Below, piece after piece: positions 25,814 to 37,881 of a DNA stretch of 64,000 nucleotides. Source of the stretch: Octopus bimaculoides. Its lineage: Eukaryota. Both the position numbers and the translations under genes were made by a program. Within the stretch, counting starts at the first letter, position 1; each line of letters opens with the position of its first letter. Below the pieces are notes generated by a model. That model had not been told where the DNA came from. It saw nothing but the letters and a program-made list of their open reading frames with translations, and searched no databases. The stretch spans positions 40,251,447 through 40,315,446 of the forward strand of contig NC_068985.1 of assembly GCF_001194135.2 (NCBI RefSeq), read 5' to 3'.

Positions 25814-26454
25814 TTAATGGAGAAAAGCCTAAAAATGAACCATGCCAAAAAGCAACATTGAGGATGTGAATGTTTGTTTGGAATCCCCAGCATCTTTTGA
25901 CCAGCCAGTACATGAATCACAACACACATTTATCTTGACCTGTTCTTGCCACAGAGAGACAAACAATTGTGACTTCTTGAAAGAGTGTCATTAGTAACTT
26001 GTAAAAGTCAGCAATGCTCAGAAAAAAAGGGAGAAAAATCATCTGGAAGTAGCCTTCAGGGTTACATACACTCACACCGTCAAAAAAATACTTGGCATGT
26101 AGGGTTGACTAACTATGAAGGTAGTCGTAATTGTATGCAACTGACAGGTGGATGGAGGGTGGGAGAAAGACAATATATCTCCAAAAAGTCAGATGGCCAA
26201 GACAATTTTTTTTATCATGGATGTAAGGGAACCTGAGCTAAAAACCAACTTATTTCTTCATGAGTCCAGAAGAGATGAAAAGCACAGCAGGGCCCATTGA
26301 AATTTGAACATAGAATGTAGAAGAGGAAAATTAAATAAGGCATTTGGTTAGACAGTACAGTATTTTAAATAGTCACACATAAAATTCTAGAAATTCAAGT
26401 ACTCATGAACCAAAGTGACTATCAGTGATCAAACAATCTAGTTAAGTAGTAGTT

Positions 26455-26810
26455 TTATAGTTAAATGCTAAGTTTCATAGTAAATACCAATTTTTTAGCT
26501 AAATACCGGGTTTTGTTAGATAACTACTGAGATTATTAGTAGAATACCAAGTCTAAGTTTGTTAGATGTGTACTGAGATTATTGGCTGAATAGTTAAGTA
26601 CAGAGTGTGATAACTAAGTACTGAGTTTAATAGCTAAGTACTATGTTTCATAGTAAAACACTGAATTTCATACTTAATACCAAATTTCTTAGTTATTTTG
26701 ATAGCTAACTTTATTAAGAAAGTATCAAAGTAGCATATTTCATCTGATAGATAAATTCCGAGTTAGACTTTGTTAGTTAAGTATCAAGTCTGTTTATCCA
26801 TACTGTTGAC
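26455..26810. repeat. Degenerate minisatellite, unit about 18-21 nt (consensus-like TAAGTACTGAGTTTCATAGC)
   Basis: Recurring TACTGAG / TACCAA / TTAGCTAA words at near-regular spacing. Confidence 0.6.
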
Positions 26811-27801
26811 AAGGTAAACTAGAAATGAGTAAGTGGATATAGTACTGGAATACTAATAACAGAAATATAGATATCAAGTTCAATGCATACAAGTATTTCC
26901 TTCTATATTTGAGTAAGATGACAGAATTGATAAGAATCAGATGACAGAGTGGATAAGAATGAGAGTTGATGATTTTGTAGAAGCAAGTAGCTAAACACTA
27001 AAGTTAATTTTTCAACCTGTCACAGGTTATTTGCTGTGCCCATAACTAAAACAATTAACCTTTTTGCCACTATTCACTTAGCTGTAAACAGATGATGCCA
27101 TAGTGAGGTCATCACACAGCTAATGATTTTTTTCACTGAGTCAGGAAGGTATAATGGTATCATATATGAAGATGTAAACTTAGCTTTTAAGTCTGTCAGG
27201 ACTGATAAAATTTAAGTACTAGTCAAATACTAAGATCAATTTCTATTACCATAAAGGATACTAGATTGATGTTAAGGGTAAAGACAAAGATAGTTTGCAA
27301 TGCAGAAGTGAAGTGAAATGTTTCTTCCTGCTAAGTCTTTCAGTCTCATTGCCCTTTGATGGATAATTTTAAGTAAAAGTCAAGCAGCTGATTATATTCA
27401 TTACATTTGTTTCAATATAAATTGCATCTTAATTTGTAACTTTTTTTTTAAATAGTTTAATCAGGAGAAAATGCAACACTTATGATGCTGCCTTTTTTAG
27501 AGGATCCATATCTGGTGGGAAGGGAAGAAATTATCTTTAGATGAAAGACCTAGTCCAAATGTTTGCAGCAGACTAAACTCCTCTAAAAGCATCCAAGAGC
27601 CAGTGGTGGGTTTAAACTAGGTAATGGAAAAAAACCAGACATACATTTCTAAAAAGACATGTTGTTAATAAAATGAGCTCTAGCACATATCTGGTACTTA
27701 ATTTTAGGTATTCTCTGAAGATGAAAATGTACTGAGAAAATAACATGTATTTTAGATTGGTTGACTGTGTTTTTTAATTTAAAAAAAATATTTAAACTTA
27801 C

Positions 27802-27995
27802 CATTCGAAATGCTAATGGAATTCCCTGATTGTCTAGAGGACCAATGCCCTCATATTTCTTCTTCTGTTCAATAACTTTCTTTTTAGAGGTTTTTTCTTC
27901 AACGGGAACACCATAATAATTATCAGTGTGTTTTAAACCATCTTCAATTGTTTCTTTTGTACCTAAATACATAGCACCTTTAGGAATTTCTCCAG
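27802..27995 (-). CDS. SORBS/CAP: SORBS/CAP-family gene, exon encoding N-terminal half of the SoHo (sorbin homology) domain (194 nt, phase 1-0)
   Basis: Acceptor ttgttgtttttctag|CT, donor ATG|gtaagt. Reads (A)GEIPKGAMYLG...KKKYEGIGPLDNQGIPLAFRM. GIGPxDxxGIP is the recognisable SoHo signature of SORBS1/SORBS2/vinexin/Drosophila CAP. Confidence 0.96.
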
Positions 27996-28099
27996 CTAGA
28001 AAAACAACAAGCAAAAAACAAAAGTTTTTATTTAATAGCAACTCCGAACAAGAGCATCTATTATATATATGTATATATGCATAAGAGTGTGTTTAATTG

Positions 28100-28800
28100 A
28101 TCAGATGTTTGCAATAAGTGAAGCCTTAGCCACATTTGGTCTAATAGGTGGATCCTTAGTGCTAGTTGGTAAGTTTGGTTTCCATTGGTCAAGTCAGATT
28201 ACACAATGAAAATTGTTGTAGATTGCTAGTTTGAGTTACTGCAAGACACTATTTGAACATTAAGTATTTCTAGGATGTAGAGGAAGCAAATCTATCAAGA
28301 TTTACTTTCATTTGAAAGGGAGTTAAATCTTCAATTGTTCCTGAGTGTTTTTCTTGAGTCAGTTGAAACTGGTCCGAGAGAAATCTTCATCTATAACAGT
28401 AAGGGGAGATGACTTCAGAGTGCCTATTAAGAAATACTGAAGGCTGCTTCAGAATATGCAGTTTCTCAGAGAAGCATGGCCTCCACTAATGGAGTAGGAA
28501 GGGACTATGTCAGAAATTTTATAAGTATAGTGGAACAGTCACACCTTTGGTCTATAAAGTTTCCAAATGAAATAAGACAGGGAAGTGGAGTTTTGACCCT
28601 GTAAGTAGACCTGAAGAAGTGCAAATGTTAACAAAACCATCCCTAAAGGTCATTGCTGGTAATCCATGTAATATTTCTTTGATTATCATTTGATGGAATG
28701 AGTACTGATCAATATACCACAGCTTTGGAAAGACAGAATCCCCTTCAGTGGGCAGGTAGCTCAAACTCAGTAATTGCAGGTGGGATGCTAAGGTGAGGGC
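28100..28800 (-). mobile_element. Probable decayed Penelope-like RT fragment
   Basis: Broken minus-strand translation with GLLTGSKL (cf. GLPMGSPL) and CNLT*PMETK (cf. SNHPLETK). Weak and by eye. Confidence 0.35.
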
Positions 28801-31800
28801 AGAGTTGATGTATTCTTTCAGGTGTAGTATATAATGCTGAAAGTGATATTATCTAGGAAAGAGACAGCAATAAAGAGAGACAGAGAAAATAATTAATTCA
28901 ATACAGTGCCACATAAAATATCAACCAAATCTACTGCAAACCATGTCCTGCCATTTAAAAAAAAATATACATTAGATAACATAATCCAGAGAACAATATT
29001 TCTGACAAAAAAAAATGATGAGGTAGTCATGACTGGAACAATTTTTTTTTATCATAGGTCTGCTTAATAAAGGACAATTTAAAAGTTAAGCAACAACAAC
29101 AATCTACCAAGAGGCCAGCAATTCATATTCTGCTACCTGTATCACTCTGCATATAGGTTTAAGAAACATAACTTTCAATAGTCAAATCTTTTTTGTTGCC
29201 ACAGGCCACTGCTAGAAGCAATGGCAACATTTAGAAAAATGGTGTGTTTTGTTAACTTGCAGTACTGAATTTAACTTTGCCCATGGAAATATGTTTCCTT
29301 CTTTTGAGAGAAGGAAAGTACAGGGTTCAGGTGAAACATTTATCAATGTAAAAAAATACAAAATGTTGCAAAACCTGAAGAAGCAAAAAATGTGCATTGT
29401 TGATGAGCTCCAAATCAACCCTGACATCCAGCAAGCCTTTAATCAAACTGTTATTTAAAGGGTGTGCAGGACTACAGGAGGTAATGTATCATTTCCTTAT
29501 TCAAAACAGAGTTTGATTTGAGGGATATTTAACTGCTATTTCTAAAAGGTTGGCAACCACACAGAGGTTCTCTCCATGGCTCAAAGATGTTTATGTAAAA
29601 ACCATGTGTGAATAAAAGCACTGGGTGGAGATGTGAACAAATCAGAACACACACACACACACATAAAATATATTAACATTTATTTATCCAAAGATAGCAA
29701 ACTAACAGAACCAATAGCATGCCTTGCAAAATGCTTAGTTCAAGTTCCACTAAGGTCAACTTTGCCTTTCGTCCTTTCAGTGTCAATAAAACTGACCAGT
29801 TGAGCATTGGGATTGATGTAATTGACTTACCGCTCCCTTGAAATTGCTGGCCTTGTGCCAAAATTTTAAACCAATATTTATTTATCCTAGGCACAGATAA
29901 GAATAAACAAAATTAGCTACTTGATTCTTTGAGATAAAAAGTATTTATCAATGAGTAATCAATCACATTAACCTTTTCCCAATAGTTAGGTGACCTAAAG
30001 CAATATGGAATAGTGTTCTAAATTCAGATACATCTAAACAGCTATAGAAAATCTGAATTCATCTATATCACATAGTTCATCTAATACCATCTACATGATG
30101 CTGTTTTACTTTCTGTCTCATACACACATGCTACGCTTACATAATACTATATACACTTTAATCTCAAGATGTTTAACTTGATACAATCAATAATACTTTG
30201 CTTGAGGAAGGAATGAAAAATAACAACAATAGTAACAACATCAGCAATAATAATAGACAATGTTTTTTTTAAAAAACTACAAAATAAATATACATAATAT
30301 AAAAAGAAACAAAAATAATCGAAAAGAAAAGCACATGGTGGAAATAAAACAAAAGCTTCCATGTCACCAAGCTAAGCAAACAGCAGATAAAAAACAGCAT
30401 CCAAATCAGGCAGTTGATGTCAAGAATGGCTACAAAGCAAAAGATATGAAAAAAATAACTGAGTACTAACGTATTATTAACAATTCGTTTACCTTTCTTT
30501 TACTGTTAATACCAAAGAAAATGTTTCAAATGTAACTTTGGAAAAAAAATTATTATATTTAATTACGTCTTTTTTTTCTTTTTATGATGTTTGGTATTAC
30601 TGAGTCAATGAAGACTGGGTCTTTGCTAGCGCTGCATGCCTGATAAAGTGAACCAATTTCTCTTTTCTGTCCCAGGTTAGTTCATTGTGACTAATAGCAT
30701 TTTATGAAGATTTTAAGTACTAATTATTTCTTTATTTGATTCATAGACTTATTTCTCATGATGAATACTGAATGAAGCAAAGCACCTTGTTATGTTGGAC
30801 ATTAGTGTATAGAGTAATATTTGTAAATGGAGTGTAATTGTCCTGCTATGCAAAGTAAATGACCATTAATCATAATATAGTGATTAAATTAGCAAAGTTA
30901 AAAAAATAGCTGAATTCATTCCACAATTATTCTCTTAACAACAGTTTTTTTTTTTTTTTAAAGCTATGAACAATTTACATTTAACAAGTTCATGCACACT
31001 CAAACATGGAAAGACCTTTGTTATAACTGTCTTGGAAGACAATGTGTGAGAAAACACACCAAGCTGTAAACTGTGTCCTTTCATGACAATTAGCAGTATA
31101 ACATAAGTCTTAGGGCTTAAAATTTTAACACACACACACACACACACACATACATAATACTTGTACTGATCCTCACATATATTTCTACATACTTATACAT
31201 ATAGCTACACACTTACCCTATTTTAAGACTGAACAGGTGTATGATCAAAATACATTTCAGTAATGGTTTTCTTTCTTTTTTCTTTCTTTTGAGAATTATA
31301 CTATCCAGTTTGACCTTCCATTTTTAAAAAGGTGTGATTTGGAGAATATTTAGCTGCTATTAGCAAGATTAAGAAAGGTATTGGCTTTTTTCTTCGCTCA
31401 GCTTTATGGGTGTTTATTTGTGTAATATTATTTTTAATTTTTCTGTTTGCATTGTATAGTAATATTTTGTTTTGATTACACTTGTAGGAAAGAATGCAAT
31501 TCTTATGATTATAATTATCGTTTACCATGTCACATAATCATGTCACTCCTCAAATCTCAACAACTTACAGAATATTTTAAGCCATCAAGAAAAGCAACCA
31601 CATAGTAACTCAATAACTAAAAACAGCAACCACATCTCTGGGGACACATTGGACAAAATAGTTCTAGTTTCATATGCTTTAAGAAGAAAGGGCTCGATCA
31701 GAGCTCATCTGGGGCATAGCAACAACTTAGAAGATTTTTGCAGAGTATCAGCTGACAGATTCTGCAACTCTGCTTTGCAGCTCTAATATCAATTCTAATT

Positions 31801-31802
31801 TT

Positions 31803-32026
31803 GGTGAGCTGGCAGAAACGTTAGCATGCCAGGCAAAATGCTTAGCAGTATTTCGTCTGTCTTTACGTTCTAAGTTCAAATTCCGCCGAGGTCGACTTTG
31901 CCTTTCATCCTTTTGGAGTCAATTAAATAAGTACCAGTTATGCACTGGAGTCAATGTAATCGACTTAATCTTCTTGTCTGTCCTTGTTTGTTCCCCTCTA
32001 TGTTTAGCCCCATGTGGGCAATAAAG
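31803..32026 (+). mobile_element. tRNA-derived SINE family B, best-preserved copy
   Basis: GAGCTGGCAGAAACGTTAGC head, B-box AAGTTCAAATTCC, centre GTCGACTTTGCCTTTCATCC...AAATAAGTACCAG. Further copies at about 13780-13965, 29695-29875, 32255-32450, 38400-38860, 51470-51640, 54190-54795, 59095-60930; reversed at about 8500-8660, 15100-15200, 43400-43460, 61250-61350. Confidence 0.85.
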
Positions 32027-34647
32027 TGGTTAATCTTAATGTTTCATCATCTAAATCAAATAATATTTGTGCTGTTGTTCTAAATTATTACAATATGTAT
32101 AACTTACATTTACATGCTACACATTATTAGATATCTAGTAATTTTTTGCAATCTTTCTCGAAGATGGAAACATTGATAAAACTGCCCAATAAGAATACAG
32201 ACGAAGCACTTGTGTTAAACAATATTTATTGTTATTAATTATGAGAAGACAGGAGCCAGTGAGCTGTCAGAATGTTTAGCAGTATTTCTTCCAGTTCTTT
32301 ATATTCTGAGTTCAAATTCTAATGAGAGTGATTTAGCCTCTCATCCTTTTGGGGTTGATAAAATAAGTACCAGGAGAGCACTAGGGTCAATGTAATTGAT
32401 TTATTCTTCCGCTAAAATTGCAGACTTTGTGCAAAAATTAGAAAATTATTGGAAGATAGAATTGATAAAGTGCTTTACTAGTAATATACTAGGTGTTAGC
32501 TGATAATACCTTTCTCCTAACTATTCTTCCTTACAAATTCAGAGCTTTAAACAATTGTAACCAATTTTCCTTGTTTTTCTTTTTGTTTTGTTTATAACAT
32601 TATGTGTTATTAAACAATATACACATAATTTGTATTAAATTTTATCAGATGAAATAAATTCTTTGCCTAAAATTAATAAATTATCAAAGAAATTCTTTTA
32701 AACAATTTCCTTTAAATATTATAATTAATCTTACTTTTCAATGTACATGTCCAAAATCAATGTTATCTTTCCAAGTACATCTCCAAAATCAATGTTATCA
32801 TTTCTACAAACTCATTCAGTTTTATTCTTTTGTAAATCATGGTATTTGAACTTCAAAGTTAGATTGAATTTGTTGTGTATAAGGTAAAATAAACCATTTA
32901 ATAATTTTTAGGATGCAGTGATTTTAGTAGTGATGGTGCTGAACAAGAAACATGAATTCAGTGCTTTTGTATAACTTAGCTGGAAACAAGTGCCTTTTAT
33001 TATTTAATGGATGGGCGTTTAGCACTAACTAGAGTATTGAGTGGTATAATAACTGAATGCAACAAGTTTGAAAAAATGCTTCAATTTGCAGAATTCCCCA
33101 ACCCATAATCAAAGAAAAAAAATGTAAAATATGTAATGCCAGTAATAAACAACAGAAGTATAATGTATGGAATGAAAGACACAGCAAAAATGTTTAATAC
33201 ATTCAATAACAGTAACTCGCAACAATTTTTTTTAATAAATGCAACCGGATGACAAGGAATCAAATAAGAAAATGTCAATAACGTTAGATATAATAAACAC
33301 CAATATGACATAGAAAAAGTAACAAGTCCACTGAAGGAACTTAAACCACAAATCTGTCATTTGCTGTGACTGCATTACCAATTATACTACATAGTATCAG
33401 CTGTTCTATCTCCTGAAAATAAATATTATAAATTGTTTCTGATATATTAACTATTTTATTTCATAGCCAAACAATGTTAGCAGGATATGCTATTCCACTA
33501 TACCTAATACAGTATGATGTCATAGTTGGAGACCAATGATTGTAACAAGAAATAACAGCTAAAACCAAATTATTGAGTAAATACATGATTTAAAGTCAGT
33601 GAGTCTGTTGTTCTTTACTGTCTCAAACTGGTGCTTATAATATCTAATATATATCATTTAAAATCTTAGCAACTGATTTTTTAAAACAATATCAATTTTT
33701 TTTAAAAACTGTATATAATCATGCATGGTTTTTTATTGAGGGTAGGGATATCACATCTGGTAAAAACAAACAGGAATAAAATAATGGGTTATGGACAAAG
33801 GTAAGTGTTGTTTTGCCCCTGCAATTGAACATTTGATAAAAATGAAAAAGTGCAAAGGCTTCATCATACTTTATATGATGGGACCTTTCAAATAGAAGTG
33901 CTTTTTCCCATTGAACATAAACAGATATCTACTCTTGCAAAAATAACTGAAAGCTATTGTAGCATTGGTCTAGAAGTTAGCTGGCAGAATTCATATAAGA
34001 CTGCAATGGAAGGCTTCTGACAAAAACTGGTTTTCAAGTAGACATTTCATAAGAGAGTAAAATGATCTCATACTGTAGATGTCTCAAGTTAAAACTAATC
34101 CAATTAGTTTTAGATGGTTCATATTACAATTACTTGATTGAAAAGAAAGTGTCATTCATATACAGACAATATTGCCATGAGCAACACATATTTTTGAAAA
34201 TGCAGACAAAAACCTAACAAATAAGTGTTATAAAGAGCCATTCAAATGATTAACAATAAACAACAGTTGGGTAAATTTACTGTGGAGACACACTGACTGA
34301 GAAGAATACATTCTTCAATTGTCCAAGTAAAATTGTCAGAAATGGAAGAAACATGTAAACATGGAGATACTATAATGAAGGAGGTAAAAGGAAAACAATA
34401 TTTAGAGACCAGGTCTTAAAGTATTCAATCTAGTCATAGCTGGGAGCTGAAAAGTGAGGTTAATTGAAGTATGACTTGTAAATTTAAAGTACATACCATA
34501 AAATTAAATATACATATTTTTTAAATAATAAGAATCAAAGATAAATGAAAATCTAAAAGGAGATTGGAAGACAGCAGATAGACATGTATGAATAACTGAG
34601 TATGTTTCAATGGGTGTGTGTGTATAAAGAGAGAGAGAGAGACATAT

Positions 34648-34702
<55 letters not shown>

Positions 34703-35032
34703 NNNNNNNNNNNNNNNNNNNNNNNNNNNNNNNNNNNNNNNNNNNNNNNNNNNNNNNNNNNNNNNNNNNNNNNNNNNNNNNNNNNNNNNNNNNNNNNNNN
34801 NNNNNNNNNNNNNNNNNNNNNNNNNNNNNNNNNNNNNNNNNNNNNNNNNNNNNNNNNNNNNNNNNNNNNNNNNNNNNNNNNNNNNNNNNNNNNNNNNNNN
34901 NNNNNNNNNNNNNNNNNNNNNNNNNNNNNNNNNNNNNNNNNNNNNNNNNNNNNNNNNNNNNNNNNNNNNNNNNNNNNNNNNNNNNNNNNNNNNNNNNNNN
35001 NNNNNNNNNNNNNNNNNNNNNNNNNNNNNNNN
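34703..35032. other. Assembly gap within (TA)n
   Basis: 330 N. Confidence 0.99.
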
Positions 35033-35097
<65 letters not shown>

Positions 35098-36002
35098 TAT
35101 ATATATATGTATATAGTATGTGTGTGTATCATATGCATGATAAGTAAATATTTCACAATGTAGTAAAGATGACTACATTAGTAATATATGTCTACAAGAT
35201 TCTAAAGTATTAGAAATGTAGAACTAAAAGATGACTATTATTGCATGAAAAGTATTGCACTATGCAAAAAGAGACTACTTAGAATGATAGTGGCTAAAAT
35301 ATACAATATTATTGCAGTAGATAAGTGGAAATTAAAGAAGAACTAATGAGTTAGAAACACTATATAAGAAATATAGATAGAATATTGCAGTAGAAATAGA
35401 ATACTAAGAGAGTATCTACTTGAAATGTGATACTAAAAGAGACCATTCCAATCAGAACATGACACAATAAGAGACAAATATGATAAAGTATACATGAGAA
35501 AATTGATGATGCGATACACAAAGGTTTTTGCTCATTACTAAATAGGATTTATGACACACAGCGTGTATCAGAAATCTAAGATAAAATCAAGTAACAGCTC
35601 AATTACTTAATTTTATCTTAGATTTTTAACACATACAGAGTGATATTTGAAACAGATGTAAATACACCTTGTTATTCTCTTTACATATAGAAAAATAAAG
35701 GAGACGGTCCTGTTATACTTCACAGTTCACATTCCATATGTCAGACAAGTGCCTTCTCATTCTTCTGTCCCTGAAAGGTGTGTGTGTTTTGTTAAATTGC
35801 TCTTAAACTATGTGGTATTCATTGTTGTGGCCTAATACTGTCAATAATTGCATCATACCTGTTAATGTTTTTGTTTAAATTTTCATCAATTTAAAGTGTA
35901 AAAAATCCTCTTATTATTGATATTTAAATAATGAACATTTAATCATCAGTATAGGCTTACCCTTAAAAGTGACACCACTGTGTGTGTGTGTGTGTGTGTG
36001 TG

Positions 36003-36279
36003 TGTTATACTTCGGAATAGTCATGTTTTGCCAATTAAACACATGCACTATTTACTTGATCTTCACTCTAGTTTTATTATTATTTTTGGACAAAATGGAA
36101 TAGGCAGGACAAGAGGAAACACGTGGGACAGAAAGTTGCTGAAGAGGTCACAGAATGTGTGACGAAAGAACTTTGCTGGACAAATAAACTAATAGATAAT
36201 AATAATAAAACTAAAGTGATGATCAAGTAAATAGTGCATGTGTTTAATTGGCAAAAGATGACCATCCCCAAGTATAACA
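36003..36279 (+). mobile_element. Non-autonomous inverted-repeat element carrying a hammerhead-like core (probable Penelope-derived)
   Basis: About 85-bp inverted arms (TGTTATACTT...TTTTATTATTATT / AATAATAATAAAA...AAGTATAACA) around a centre containing CTGAAGA-G-GTCACA-GAATG-TGTGAC-GAAA. Confidence 0.75.
36129..36178 (+). ncRNA. Hammerhead ribozyme remnant lacking helix III/cleavage triplet
   Basis: CUGAAGA 36139-36145, perfect 6-bp stem II, GAAA 36164-36167, helix I CAGAAAGTT / AACTTT(G)CTG. Only one G stands where helix III plus NUH should be. Confidence 0.6.
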
Positions 36280-36339
36280 ATACATACTTCAATATGCATT
36301 CATATCAAGAATCTTGCAAAATAAAATGCATAAACATGT

Positions 36340-36556
36340 GTGTGTGAGTGTATGAAATTTTATACATATATATATATATATATAATTTATATGAAATTTT
36401 ATATATATACATATACACACACACATATATATACATATATATATGACATTTTATATATATATATATATATATACATACACACACATATATATATGAAATT
36501 ATATATACACACACATACACACATATATATATACATGAAATTTTATATATATACAT

Positions 36557-36588
<32 letters not shown>

Positions 36589-36653
36589 GAAATTTTATAT
36601 ATATACATATATATGAAATTTTACACATACACACACACACATATATATATGTG

Positions 36654-36688
<35 letters not shown>

Positions 36689-36742
36689 TATATATATATA
36701 TATATATATCTGAATTCATATATATATATATATATATATATA
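36340..36742. repeat. Higher-order microsatellite: (TA)n/(CA)n blocks re-anchored by TATGAAATT(T)
   Basis: The word ATGAAATT (one variant ATGACATT) recurs every roughly 30-60 nt between TA/CA runs. Confidence 0.85.
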
Positions 36743-37069
36743 AAATTCAATGTGAAAATAACTTTTTTTCAAATGTTAGAAGTGAATGAAACATTCATCA
36801 GTAAGGTGAAATATCATTTAAATTACAAAATATTCATTAGTTCATAATGCTTCTTTTGACAAAAATTCATAAGGATTAGCTAACTGGCTCATTTATACCA
36901 CTATATTCAATGCACATATGACAATATTTCAGCATAGAGACAGTACTCAACCAATGATAGAAAGGAATATGATCAGTATATTAATTTTTGTAGCTCCCTT
37001 CCTTCAAGAGTTCAAATATGTTAGTATAGAATGAATTCCTTATTATTAAGTGCTTGTTTGTTTCAATAA

Positions 37070-37380
37070 CCATCTTACAGGTGCTCCAGGATGCATCATC
37101 AATGACATTTTTGGGATCTCAATGGTTTTAGGTTTTCAAAATTACCCAGTTGACCAAATAGCAGCAAATCATTGGTCTATCCACTTTATCCAAAGTCACC
37201 TAGTGGCCTTCTTTGCAGCTTCAGTGATGAAATATGTCACCCTCCTCTTTGCCGGCCCAGTCAGAGCTTTGCAGATGAATGCCCTACAAAACCTTGACAG
37301 CCCACTTCTACTGTCTGCAAGCCCTGATTTCTGCACTGGGCTACTAGGTCCTGGTATTTGGTAAGCTTCCTCTATGTTTC
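37070..37380 (-). mobile_element. 3' end of an RLE-type non-LTR retrotransposon (HERO/NeSL-like)
   Basis: Minus strand RKLTKYQDLVAQCRNQG..VEVGCQGFVG..ITEAAKKAT..LWIK matches the restriction-like endonuclease C-terminus (RKxxKYxxL...EVGxRGF) of R2/NeSL/HERO-type elements. Confidence 0.65.
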
Positions 37381-37839
37381 ATATTATAGCAATAGAAATA
37401 AATCTGATAGGAATTGGTTTTATTTATTTACATATTGTCTATTTCCAGAAAATGTACCCCCAAAAGAGATATCCTTCAAGCAGTTATGTTTGAGTGCCTA
37501 TAAGGTGAAATAGAATGTTGCAAATAACACACTCCTTTGTGAGTACATCATCATCAATGTCATTTTAATAGCTACTTTCAAATACCTACATAGGTCAGAT
37601 GAGACTTCACTAAGACAGATGTTTCTACAGCTCAATGCTCTTCCTATTGCCAACTCTCACCTGTTTCCAAGTAAGGTAATATATCCCCACAGTCTATTGA
37701 TCAATGAACAGCTTAAACATACTTTCATGGGAGAATCAAATTTCATTCTAGTAAACCCATAGCAACAGAAAGAGCATCCAGCCGTAAAAATATTGCTCCT
37801 GAAATAAGTTCTTGTTCCAACCCACGCTAGCAAGGGAAA

Positions 37840-37881
<42 letters not shown>

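Noticed and set aside
29249-29458. ORF ending KQKMCIVDELQINP, reminiscent of a P-element-type transposase DE motif
   Set aside because: Only a few residues of resemblance, with no TIRs or further motifs.
30493-30502. 10-nt minus-strand block with AG and GTAAAC sites (TAAAAGAAAG)
   Set aside because: Not a multiple of three in a phase 1-1 intron; it would frameshift, with no other support.
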